64,000 nt of DNA from Candidatus Aenigmatarchaeota archaeon (GTDB taxonomy: Archaea; Aenigmatarchaeota; Aenigmatarchaeia; CG10238-14; SCSR01): positions 32,001 through 96,000 of the forward strand of contig JAWBWS010000002.1 of the NCBI GenBank assembly GCA_038999725.1. Direction: 5' to 3'. The translations under genes and the position numbers were made by a program. Below are positions 48,421-57,123 of the stretch, in pieces. The stretch's first letter is position 1; each line of letters opens with the position of its first letter. The notes beneath the pieces were generated by a model. It was not told the DNA's origin. It saw only the letters and a program-made list of their open reading frames with translations, and made no database searches.

Positions 48421-48593
48421 ATTAATAAATAATTAAACTCAAAAATCTATTGGTTACTGTTCAACATCTCCCAACTTGAAAATGTTAAAAAATTACAATA
48501 TCTTGAAACAACTCTCCCAAAAGTCACAATAATCTCAACTTCTCTGAAAAGAAAGTGATTTATATATACCAAATAATTCTTATACACCAAAAA

Positions 48594-49163
48594 CTACACT
48601 GTGGCCAATATTTCACAATCTTTTCTTATTTCTACATCAGTGATATTTTTACAAAATTCTAATGCACCATCCTTACTTATTGCTTTATAAACACTAGCTT
48701 TGCACTTGTAAAAGGAATCATAGTCATTTTGATATATAGTAAGAATTTCATCACATTCCTCTAAACCTCTTGTAACATTTCCTACCTCTTTCCACACATC
48801 ACCTCTACAATGATATTTTTCAGGCCCAGAAATTTTATCACATTCGAGTAGTGCCGAATCTACACCTTTTACTATAAGAGAAAAAGCCAAACAAAAATTT
48901 TCAACTACATTTCCTTTTTTAGAGCATAACACACGAGCAGCATCTATTTCACCGGCTTGAGTAAGCATTCTGGCCACACAACTTATTGGATCCTGAGGGG
49001 TTGTAGCTTCACATGGAGATTTATAAGAAATACATAGATCCTTACCTTTTTTAAGATCGCTACAAAAATCCGAAGTTATTTGAATATGAGAAGTATATAG
49101 GTAAACAACCCACAAAACACAAACAATTGTTACTATGATTGATATCAGCTTTAGTAGTCTCAT
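48594..49163 (-). CDS. Membrane-anchored Cys-rich helical-repeat protein
   Basis: N-terminal TM; repeated C..I.......C units. Confidence 0.65.
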   Translation of the reverse strand: MRLLKLISIIVTIVCVLWVVYLYTSHIQITSDFCSDLKKGKDLCISYKSPCEATTPQDPISCVARMLTQAGEIDAARVLCSKKGNVVENFCLAFSLIVKGVDSALLECDKISGPEKYHCRGDVWKEVGNVTRGLEECDEILTIYQNDYDSFYKCKASVYKAISKDGALEFCKNITDVEIRKDCEILATV

Positions 49164-49213
49164 ATTTTTTTTTTAAGTATAATATGAATATAAATATAAC
49201 TAATTAAAAACAT

Positions 49214-50260
49214 CTAACAAGCATTGAAAAGTATGTTTTTTTCAACAAGCAAATTGTAAATTTTTTCAGTTACTAGTTGATATCCAAATGGGTTAAGATG
49301 CAAATCTATAGAATTAAGGTATAAATTTTCTCCTGAATGTTGGAAAAACAAAGTATCTAAATCAATTATATACCAATGATTTTTTTTAACAATTTCTGGG
49401 AAAGGGGCTTTTTGGAACTCAGGGGTATGAATGGTTAAAATTATTATTTCAGTATTAAATGGAATGTAAGAAGCTAGTTTTTCAAAACTGTTTTTTATTA
49501 TCTCTTGTGCTTTTCTTTCATCAACTTCTTTTAGAGCTTTAAGTCTTATTCTGGCTTCAAAATGTACCCTCTCTTCTAAAGTTAATGGGCGTCCAAGTTT
49601 TTGTTTCAATTCACTCTCTGCTTTTCGTATTTCTTTCCCCAATTCTATGTTGCTAATGATATCATCTCCTGTATATTGAAAAATAATAATGTTGGGTGAG
49701 AAGTTTAGCGCTTTGGATCTTAAAACTTCAATTTTTTCGATTATGTCATAGCCTGGAACACCAAAATTTAACACTTCATAATTTTTCCCATCATTTCTCT
49801 CATTTAAAAGTCTTTCAAGCACTTTGGGGTAACTGTCTTCTAAATTTACACCCAAACCAAATGTATGTGAATCTCCTATTGCAATTATCCTACAGGCATT
49901 TGGAGGTTTTATTAAAGGATATTCTTTATCCCTAAATCCATAAGAATTGATTTTTATATAAACGGGTGATTGACATAAATATAAACCATCGTAAATTCCT
50001 TCATAATTTGGGCGTAATTCTGCACTTAAAAAAGAATTATTACTCCTTTCCATAAAATCATGGGGACAAGCAGGGGGCCCTGTGCCTATCTCTTTACAAG
50101 GACAGTTTGAAAAGTTTGAAGTCAAAACTTTTGGAGAGTAGCCTATTATTTGAAATTCTTTTTTATTAGAAATGATTTTGATGGAGAACAAAACTGTCAA
50201 AGTAATTATAGAAATAAGATAGGCAATGTAAACTAAAGTACTTCTTTTCATTTCTCTCAT
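49214..50260 (-). CDS. Membrane-anchored SGNH/GDSL hydrolase (acyl/carbamoyl esterase or transferase)
   Basis: INSYGFRD, AIGDSHTFG, NFGVPGY, DLHLN motifs. Confidence 0.9.
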   Translation of the reverse strand: MREMKRSTLVYIAYLISIITLTVLFSIKIISNKKEFQIIGYSPKVLTSNFSNCPCKEIGTGPPACPHDFMERSNNSFLSAELRPNYEGIYDGLYLCQSPVYIKINSYGFRDKEYPLIKPPNACRIIAIGDSHTFGLGVNLEDSYPKVLERLLNERNDGKNYEVLNFGVPGYDIIEKIEVLRSKALNFSPNIIIFQYTGDDIISNIELGKEIRKAESELKQKLGRPLTLEERVHFEARIRLKALKEVDERKAQEIIKNSFEKLASYIPFNTEIIILTIHTPEFQKAPFPEIVKKNHWYIIDLDTLFFQHSGENLYLNSIDLHLNPFGYQLVTEKIYNLLVEKNILFNAC

Positions 50261-50338
50261 TAATTAAATAATTTTCTAAGATTAAATCATTTGTTTTCAC
50301 ACAACAAAGTAATAAGCATCTTGTGGTGAAGAAATTAT
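50261..50338 (-). pseudogene. Frameshifted relic of a carbamoyltransferase C-terminus
   Basis: Reads IISSPQDAYY/[shift]/VKTNDLILENYLIN versus IVCSPQDALNDFMKTNIDYLVLNNYLIDK in the adjacent gene; 17 bp identical (50314-50330 = 50421-50437). Confidence 0.55.
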
Positions 50339-50343
50339 GTTTT

Positions 50344-52035
50344 TCATTTCAAGTCACCTTTATCTATCAAATAATTGTTTAAAACCAAGTAATCTATGTT
50401 TGTTTTCATAAAATCATTTAAAGCATCTTGTGGTGAACAAACTATAGGCTCACCTCTTAGGTTAAAAGAAGTATTTATAACAGCTGGAACTCCTGTTAAA
50501 GAATAAAATTCTTCAATTAGCTTATGATATAGCTTTTCTCTTTTTTCAACTGTAGTCTGAGGTCTTGCTGTTCCGTCAACGTGTGTTGCAGAAATAATTT
50601 CTTTTCTTTTCTCATTTTTTACTGGTAAGGTAATAATCATGAAAGGCATATCTAGATCAAATTCAAAATATCTTTCAACTTCACCTAAAATGAGGGATGG
50701 AGCAAATGGTCTAAACCATTCTCTCTGTTTAACTTTCTTATTCAATATATCTTTCATTTTTGGATTTGAGGGATTTGCCAAAATACTTCTATGACCCAAA
50801 GCTCTTGGTCCCAATTCCATTCTGTCTTGAAACCAACCTACAACTTTATCTTTAGCTATAGCTTCTGCTGTAGCCCTTACTATTTCTTTATCACTCAACT
50901 TTTCAAACTTTATTTTTCTTGATTCGAGTAATTCCTTTATTTCCCTCTTAGAAAATTTTGGACCTAAAAACACATGTTTCATGACATATTTTCTTTTTTT
51001 ACCTAAAATTTTGTTATAAGTGTATAAAGCTGCACCTAGAGCTCCTCCAGCATCTGTAGCTGCTGGTTGAAAGAAGACATTTTTAAAAATTTTACTCATC
51101 AAAATTTTTCCATTCGCTACAGAATTCAAAACAACACCGCCAGCCATGCATAAATTTTCACATTTTGTTAGGTCAAAAGCATGTTTAACTATCTTCAGAA
51201 TAACTTCTTCAGTAATTCTCTGTAGAGAGGCTGCAATATCCATATGTCTTCTTTCTATTTTTTCCTCGGGTTTTCTTGCTTTCCCAAACTCTTTTTCCAA
51301 CTCGTCAGAAAACATTCTTTCACTATGTGTATAGGAGAAATACCTCATGTTGAGTTTGAAACTTCCATCATCCTTAAAATCAATCAACTTTTTGAATTTG
51401 TTATAGTAAATTGGCTTCCCCCAACCTGCTAACCCCATTACCTTATACTCATCGCTCAAAACTTTGAAACCCAGATAGGAAGTTATTGTGCTGTAAAGAA
51501 GACCGAGGGAATGGGGAAAATTTATCACTTTTAAAGTTTTAATTTCATTTCCTTGGCCATAATGAATTGCTGTTGTTGTCCATTCCCCCACAGCATCTAT
51601 AGTAACTATAGCTGCCTCATCAAAAGGGGAGGAAAAAAAGGCGCTGGCAGCATGAGATTTGTGATGAGGGACAAAAAGAGTCTCATGTGTGTAATCAAGA
51701 TTTTTCTTTATCATCTCAGGCATTCTTAATTTTTCAAGTATCCACTGTGGTAAAGCATCTCTAAACATTTTGAAAGAATTGGGGAATGTTTCAACACAAG
51801 TTTGGAGAATTCTTTCAAATTTTTGAAAAGGTTTTTCATAAAAAACCACATAGTCTAATTTTTCAGGATTTACATTGGCTTCTTTAAGGCAATAGTTTAT
51901 TACATTCTTTGGAAAGCTGTTATCGTGTTTGACCCTTGTAAACCTTTCCTCTTCTGCTGCAGCTATTACTCTTCCGTCCTTGAGAATACAGGCTGATGAA
52001 TCATGAAAAAAACAAGAAATTCCTAACACATACAT
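50344..52035 (-). CDS. Carbamoyltransferase (NodU/CmcH/SxtI family)
   Basis: LGISCFFHDSSA, EEERFTRVKHD, HHKSHAASAF, EYKVMGLA, GPRALGHRSILA, NTSFNLRGEPIV; start MYVLG. Confidence 0.96.
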   Translation of the reverse strand: MYVLGISCFFHDSSACILKDGRVIAAAEEERFTRVKHDNSFPKNVINYCLKEANVNPEKLDYVVFYEKPFQKFERILQTCVETFPNSFKMFRDALPQWILEKLRMPEMIKKNLDYTHETLFVPHHKSHAASAFFSSPFDEAAIVTIDAVGEWTTTAIHYGQGNEIKTLKVINFPHSLGLLYSTITSYLGFKVLSDEYKVMGLAGWGKPIYYNKFKKLIDFKDDGSFKLNMRYFSYTHSERMFSDELEKEFGKARKPEEKIERRHMDIAASLQRITEEVILKIVKHAFDLTKCENLCMAGGVVLNSVANGKILMSKIFKNVFFQPAATDAGGALGAALYTYNKILGKKRKYVMKHVFLGPKFSKREIKELLESRKIKFEKLSDKEIVRATAEAIAKDKVVGWFQDRMELGPRALGHRSILANPSNPKMKDILNKKVKQREWFRPFAPSLILGEVERYFEFDLDMPFMIITLPVKNEKRKEIISATHVDGTARPQTTVEKREKLYHKLIEEFYSLTGVPAVINTSFNLRGEPIVCSPQDALNDFMKTNIDYLVLNNYLIDKGDLK

Positions 52036-52043
52036 ATATACCA

Positions 52044-52256
52044 CTAATATTGACTTTTGTAATCTTCTTCCTCTTCTGGTTCCAACCAATAGCTTTCTTT
52101 ATTTTCTTTTTTTAAAATTGTTGAGAGCTTCCACAAAAGGAAAGACAAGCTGATACCCAACCAATATGAAAGTGTGTTAACAAAAAGATTTGTGATAAAT
52201 ATAGAAAACTCTTTTAACTTTTCTACTCCACATCTGATATTTTCAAATTTACCCAT
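52044..52256 (-). CDS. SxtJ-like small membrane protein
   Basis: Start MGKFEN; TM followed by SYW...YKSQY C-terminus typical of SxtJ-like proteins; position between DUF5989 and the carbamoyltransferase. Confidence 0.7.
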   Translation of the reverse strand: MGKFENIRCGVEKLKEFSIFITNLFVNTLSYWLGISLSFLLWKLSTILKKENKESYWLEPEEEEDYKSQY

Positions 52257-52261
52257 AGCTA

Positions 52262-52423
52262 TCATATCAGGGGATACATAAATAATGGCACGGGCGAAAC
52301 CTGAGCAGCTATAGTTAACAAACCTAGTATGAACAATAAGCAAATTAATGGAACAAGCCACCATTTTTTAGTCTTCCATATGAATTTTAAAATGTCCATG
52401 AGAAGATAAAATCTTCTCACCAT
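52262..52423 (-). CDS. DUF5989/SxtK-like small membrane protein (not in the ORF track)
   Basis: MVRRFYLLMDILKFIWKTKKWWLVPLICLLFILGLLTIAAQVSPVPLFMYPLI*; KKWWLxP...FxYxL signature. Confidence 0.85.
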   Translation of the reverse strand: MVRRFYLLMDILKFIWKTKKWWLVPLICLLFILGLLTIAAQVSPVPLFMYPLI

Positions 52424-52556
52424 ACATATCCAATTTATATTATGGATTGAGAGTACTATAATTTTCGTTCTTCTATTCCTTTCTATTTCTCGACACTTCT
52501 AACAAAGAATAGGCAAATTTATTATTTTATAATCAAATTAAACTTCAAGAAGATTT

Positions 52557-53663
52557 ATGGAAGAATTGATTGAAAGATTGTTAGAATGGGGGAGAGGTAA
52601 AACCCAAGGACCCTTGAGCATACATTTAGACCCCACGAATAGATGTAATTTGAGATGTAGGTTTTGCTGGCAACGTTCTCATGAGAGGTTTGGTTGGCTC
52701 GATAGAAAAAATGAACTCCCAGAGAAAAAGCTTCTGGAAGTCGTGAGAGAGGCTGCAGAACTTAAAGTAAAAGATTGGCTCATCTCTGGTGGTGGAGAAC
52801 CTTTTGTGAGATTATCAACTACAACAAAACTTATGGTTGAAATAAAAAAACATGGAATGTATGGTGATATAATCACGAATGGCACACTATTGGATGAAAT
52901 TCACATAAGAAAAATTGTTGAAGCGGGATGGGATGTTATGCGATTCAGCGTGAATGCCCCTGATGAGAAAACTCATGATTTCATGGTTGATTGTAAAAGA
53001 TCTTATCAAAAAGTAATTGAAAACATCAAAACTACCCAGAAAATAAAGAAAAAGTTGGGTAAGGAAACACCTGTAATTGGTTTTAACACAGTAATCACTA
53101 GTAAAAACTACTTCTTGTTTCCCTCTTTGGTAGACTTATTGGAGGAATTGGGAGGGAAGATTCTCAATGTCCAAACTATAATTCTTTATGACAAGGTTGA
53201 AAAAATTTGGTCTTTGAATGAAGAAGAAAAAAAAGATTCTATAAAATATTTAAAAGAAGCTGCTAAAAAATGCAAAAAATATGGGATAAAAACTAATCTT
53301 GATAGCTACACGAAAGAGGATGTGATAGAAAAAACTACGGAAATGGATTCTATAGTAGAGCTTGGGAAAAAAGAAATAAAAAAAGTCAAGTCAAAAAACA
53401 AGTTGGTTAAAGCATTTTGTTATGAGCCTTTTTATTTGGTAACTATAAGAGCGAATGGAACAGTCGGCTCTTGTAGACTTTTTGGAGATAAGGGAGATAA
53501 TCTTCATACAAAAACTCTCAAAGAGATTTGGTTTGGTGAATATTTCAACAAAGCAAGGGCTACTTTACTAAAAGGTCCACAATCTTTCTGCTCGAAATGC
53601 GGCTCTAACGAAATTTTAGAGCAGATAAGGATAAGGAATGAATTAGTGAAGGTGTTGGGCTAA
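52557..53663 (+). CDS. Radical SAM/SPASM protein (paralog 21)
   Basis: CNLRCRFC, SGGGEPF, CYEPF...GSC...CSKC. Confidence 0.93.
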   Translation: MEELIERLLEWGRGKTQGPLSIHLDPTNRCNLRCRFCWQRSHERFGWLDRKNELPEKKLLEVVREAAELKVKDWLISGGGEPFVRLSTTTKLMVEIKKHGMYGDIITNGTLLDEIHIRKIVEAGWDVMRFSVNAPDEKTHDFMVDCKRSYQKVIENIKTTQKIKKKLGKETPVIGFNTVITSKNYFLFPSLVDLLEELGGKILNVQTIILYDKVEKIWSLNEEEKKDSIKYLKEAAKKCKKYGIKTNLDSYTKEDVIEKTTEMDSIVELGKKEIKKVKSKNKLVKAFCYEPFYLVTIRANGTVGSCRLFGDKGDNLHTKTLKEIWFGEYFNKARATLLKGPQSFCSKCGSNEILEQIRIRNELVKVLG

Positions 53664-54751
53664 TGTTTGAAGATAAAATAGCTGAGAGGATTTTAGAATG
53701 GGGAAAGAAAGAGGTTGGGCCATTTGAAGTTCAATTCAATCCCACGAATAGATGTAATTTGAGATGTAGGTTTTGCTGGCTAAGGGATTTTGATAAAGGT
53801 GGGTTAAATCTAGAAGAGCTAAGCACTAAAAAATATTTGGAAATTGTAAAAGAATGCAGCAAGATGGGAGTCCACACAATTGAGATAACTGGTGGTGGTG
53901 AACCATTGATGAGAAAGGATTCTCTAACCTTAATGAAAAGTGTTAAGCGTCATAAGATTTATGGTAGACTGATAACCAACGGTACTCTTTTCTCAGAAAA
54001 CATGTTAAATACACTTATAAAAATAGGGTGGGATGAAATAGTTTTCAGTCTTGATGCTCCTGAGAGAAGTGTAAACGATTATTTGAGAGGTAAGAGCTTT
54101 GATCGGGTAGTTAAAACAATAAAGACGCTTCAGATAATGAAGGTTGAGAGAAAGAAAGAAAAGCCAGCTGTAAATATTCATATGGTGCTTTGCAACAAGA
54201 ATTTTCACCTTTTACCGAAGATGTTTGAATTTGCTTATGATTTGAATTGTAGAAATTTAGTTGTAGAGCCAATAGTCTTGCTCGCTACAAAAACTAAAGC
54301 TGGTAGAGAGTTGTTGTTCAGAAAAAAAGATAAAAACTCTTTACTCAAATTCATTCGTGAAGCAACTAAAATTGCACATAAGCACAACTTTCAAACAAAT
54401 ATTGATAAACTGGAGTTTAAGCTCATAGAAAGCACTACAAAAATGAAAAAGATTGTTAGAAAAGAGGGTGAAAAAGAAGAAATTCTCTGGGCATCTTTAG
54501 CATGCTATCAACCCTTTTATCATATTATAATAAGGCCATGGGGGATTGTTGGTCCATGTTGTATGTTTGATAATACAGGCGAAAATATAGCAGAAAAATC
54601 TTTAAGAGAAATATGGTTTGGGGAATTTTTCGAAAAAATGAGGAAGAAGATGTTGGATAGAAATTTACCAAATTTTTGCTCAAAGTGTAATCCAAGCCAA
54701 ATACAAGAAAACAGGAAGATAAGAGAATACATTAAAAGATTAAGTGATTGA
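53663..54751 (+). CDS. Radical SAM/SPASM protein (paralog 22)
   Basis: CNLRCRFC, TGGGEPL, CYQPF...PCC...CSKC. Confidence 0.93.
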   Translation: MFEDKIAERILEWGKKEVGPFEVQFNPTNRCNLRCRFCWLRDFDKGGLNLEELSTKKYLEIVKECSKMGVHTIEITGGGEPLMRKDSLTLMKSVKRHKIYGRLITNGTLFSENMLNTLIKIGWDEIVFSLDAPERSVNDYLRGKSFDRVVKTIKTLQIMKVERKKEKPAVNIHMVLCNKNFHLLPKMFEFAYDLNCRNLVVEPIVLLATKTKAGRELLFRKKDKNSLLKFIREATKIAHKHNFQTNIDKLEFKLIESTTKMKKIVRKEGEKEEILWASLACYQPFYHIIIRPWGIVGPCCMFDNTGENIAEKSLREIWFGEFFEKMRKKMLDRNLPNFCSKCNPSQIQENRKIREYIKRLSD

Positions 54752-55825
54752 ATGGATGGAAAAATAGAAAGATTGATTGAATGGTCTGCGGGAAGGAGGG
54801 CAGCTCCATTCACCTTAGACATCAATCCTACTGATAAATGCAATTTTAAGTGTAAGCATTGTTGGCAAAGGGCATTTGAAAAAATTGATTTTAGTTATGA
54901 ACTTTCTGACAAGAAGCTAATAGAAGTTGTGAAGGAGGCTATAAAATTTGGGGTGGAAGAATTTGAGATAACTGGTGGTGGTGAACCATTGATGAGGAAA
55001 GAATTAACGTTAAAAATAATGGAAGTGATTAAAAAAAACAAAAAATTTGGAAACATAACGACTAATGGCAGTTTATTGAACTTGGAGGATATAAAAAAAA
55101 TGGTAAAAATTGGTTGGGATAGAATCACTTTTAGTTTGGATGGGGCTGACCCAAAATCAAATGATGCTGTACGAGGAAAGGGAAGCTTTGAGCAAGTTAT
55201 GAATTCTATAAAGCTGTTAAATGATGTGAAAAAGAAGATGAAAAGCAATTTACCTATTATCAAATTCAATGTAGTGGTTAACAGAAAAAATTATAGAGTT
55301 GAAAAAATGATAGAGTTGGCAAAAAAGGTGAACTGTTCAATTGTTCATTTCGATTCCCTTACAATTCATTCTAAAATGGGGGAAAAATTGAAGTTAACAA
55401 AAAGGCAACAAGCAGAATTTGAAAAGCATGCTAAAATTGCAAAGCAACTGGCTGAAAAGTTTAAGATATGGACTGATGTAAATCTTTTAACCAGTAAATT
55501 CTTGGAAAAATCAAATGAAATGGAAGATTTACTGGAAAAGGAAAGTGATTCAAAAGACTTCTTTTCTTTAGTTTGCTATGAGCCTTGGTGGCATCTTGTG
55601 ATAAAGACTAATGGTACAGCTCAACCTTGCTGTTTGTATGATGAAAAAGAAGAAAGTGTGAAAAACAAGAGTTTGAGGGAAATCTGGTTTGGTGAATTTT
55701 TTGAAAAAATAAGAAAGAGTATAAAGCAAAAACATTTTTCAAAATATTGTTCTATTTGCAATGCCGGGCAAGTTTTTGAAAACAGAAGAATAAGGGAAGA
55801 ATTGGGAAAATGGAGGAAAAAATAA
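54752..55825 (+). CDS. Radical SAM/SPASM protein (paralog 23)
   Basis: CNFKCKHC, TGGGEPL, CYEPW...PCC...CSIC. Confidence 0.93.
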   Translation: MDGKIERLIEWSAGRRAAPFTLDINPTDKCNFKCKHCWQRAFEKIDFSYELSDKKLIEVVKEAIKFGVEEFEITGGGEPLMRKELTLKIMEVIKKNKKFGNITTNGSLLNLEDIKKMVKIGWDRITFSLDGADPKSNDAVRGKGSFEQVMNSIKLLNDVKKKMKSNLPIIKFNVVVNRKNYRVEKMIELAKKVNCSIVHFDSLTIHSKMGEKLKLTKRQQAEFEKHAKIAKQLAEKFKIWTDVNLLTSKFLEKSNEMEDLLEKESDSKDFFSLVCYEPWWHLVIKTNGTAQPCCLYDEKEESVKNKSLREIWFGEFFEKIRKSIKQKHFSKYCSICNAGQVFENRRIREELGKWRKK

Positions 55826-56883
55826 AAAGACTTGTAAGATGGTCTAAAGGAAGAAAGAGTTTACCTTACAGTATAGAATTGAGTCCAACTTTGAGATGTA
55901 ATTTGAATTGTCTTTTTTGTTGGAGATATGGGAAAAAGATTGAGTATGGAGATGAATTGACATTGGAAGAATATAAAAGGATTTTAAAGGAAGCTGAGGA
56001 GCTTAAGGTGAGAGAAATAAGAATCATAGGAGGAGGTGAACCCTTGTTAAGGAAAGATACTTTCGAATTAATGAAGGAAGTTAAAAAACATGGGATGTTC
56101 GGATACATTTGTACTAATGGTACACTCTTTTCAGATGAAGCTATAAAAACATTGGTATCAATTGGGTGGGATCATGTAAAAATTAGTGTTCATGCCCCTG
56201 ATAAAAAAACTCAAGACTTTTTAGCCCAAGGGAAAAGTTTTGAGAGGCAAATAAAAAACATAAAAAGTTTTGTTGGATGGAAAAGGAAATTGAAATCGGA
56301 GAGCCCGAAAATTGAAATTGGCCTTGTCTTGAATAGGCTGAACTTCAGAAAAGTAATGGATATGGTAAAACTGGTAAAGAAATTGAATGTACAAGCATTT
56401 TTCATTGAGCCAATAACTGTGTATACCAAAATTGGAAAAAATTTGAAATTAAGAAATGAAGAGAGTGAAGAATTCAAAGAAATAGCAAGAAAAGCTTATT
56501 CTATTTCAAATGGTTTGGAAACAAACTTACAACAATTTTTTTCACGGGAGCTTATAGAAAAGACTGGAAAGATGTTAGAAGAAATCAAAAAACTAGTAAA
56601 GAGTGTGAGGGATGATTTTCTTTCAATCCCTTGTTATGAGCCCTGGTGGAGAATGGGGATAAGGGTAGATGGATGGGTTTGTCCTTGTGGATTTTTGGAT
56701 CAAAACACCAGAGAAAATGTGCGTAATAAGAGTTTAAAGGAAATCTGGTTTGGTGAATATTTTGAGGAAAGGCGAAAACAATTGCTTCAAAAAAATATGC
56801 CAAAATATTGCCAGAAATGTTGCACTACTTTGGTCCAATATAATCAAATAATAAGGGAAGAACTTTCAAAATTCATAGGCTGA
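55810..56883 (+). CDS. Radical SAM/SPASM protein (paralog 24)
   Basis: CNLNCLFC, IGGGEPL, CYEPW...CPC...CQKCC. Confidence 0.93.
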   Translation: MEEKIKRLVRWSKGRKSLPYSIELSPTLRCNLNCLFCWRYGKKIEYGDELTLEEYKRILKEAEELKVREIRIIGGGEPLLRKDTFELMKEVKKHGMFGYICTNGTLFSDEAIKTLVSIGWDHVKISVHAPDKKTQDFLAQGKSFERQIKNIKSFVGWKRKLKSESPKIEIGLVLNRLNFRKVMDMVKLVKKLNVQAFFIEPITVYTKIGKNLKLRNEESEEFKEIARKAYSISNGLETNLQQFFSRELIEKTGKMLEEIKKLVKSVRDDFLSIPCYEPWWRMGIRVDGWVCPCGFLDQNTRENVRNKSLKEIWFGEYFEERRKQLLQKNMPKYCQKCCTTLVQYNQIIREELSKFIG

Positions 56884-57037
56884 ATGTGAAAATTATAATT
56901 GAAATATAAAAAATGCTACTTCCCAGAATTATCATATATCCTCCTACAGGTCGATTAATTCCCGAGCCCATGAGATAAACACCACCTGAAAGTAGGATGA
57001 TGCTGATGAGAATAGAATAAAATAAAATGTTGTTCAT
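56873..57037 (-). CDS. Small two-TM membrane protein
   Basis: MNNILFYSILISIILLSGG...GYMIILGSSIFYISIIIF; fills the gap upstream of the divergent GT4. Confidence 0.5.
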   Translation of the reverse strand: MNNILFYSILISIILLSGGVYLMGSGINRPVGGYMIILGSSIFYISIIIFTFSL

Positions 57038-57123
57038 TCTTCTCTTAAGTTCTTTTGAAAAATTTTTTGCTCTTAGCTTTATTTTCATATTTTTTATTTT
57101 TTGGTTTCAGAGTATTTATTTTT

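Noticed and set aside
49214..52423. Saxitoxin biosynthesis
   Set aside because: Only the generic SxtI/J/K/L-like module is present; no sxtA, sxtG or other core genes.
22194..56883. Classical RiPP (sacti/ranthipeptide, PQQ, mycofactocin) cluster
   Set aside because: No RRE/PqqD domain, no leader-core precursor array and no peptidase-containing transporter; the exporter is Wzm/Wzt type. Not strictly excluded, since precursors could lie outside the window.
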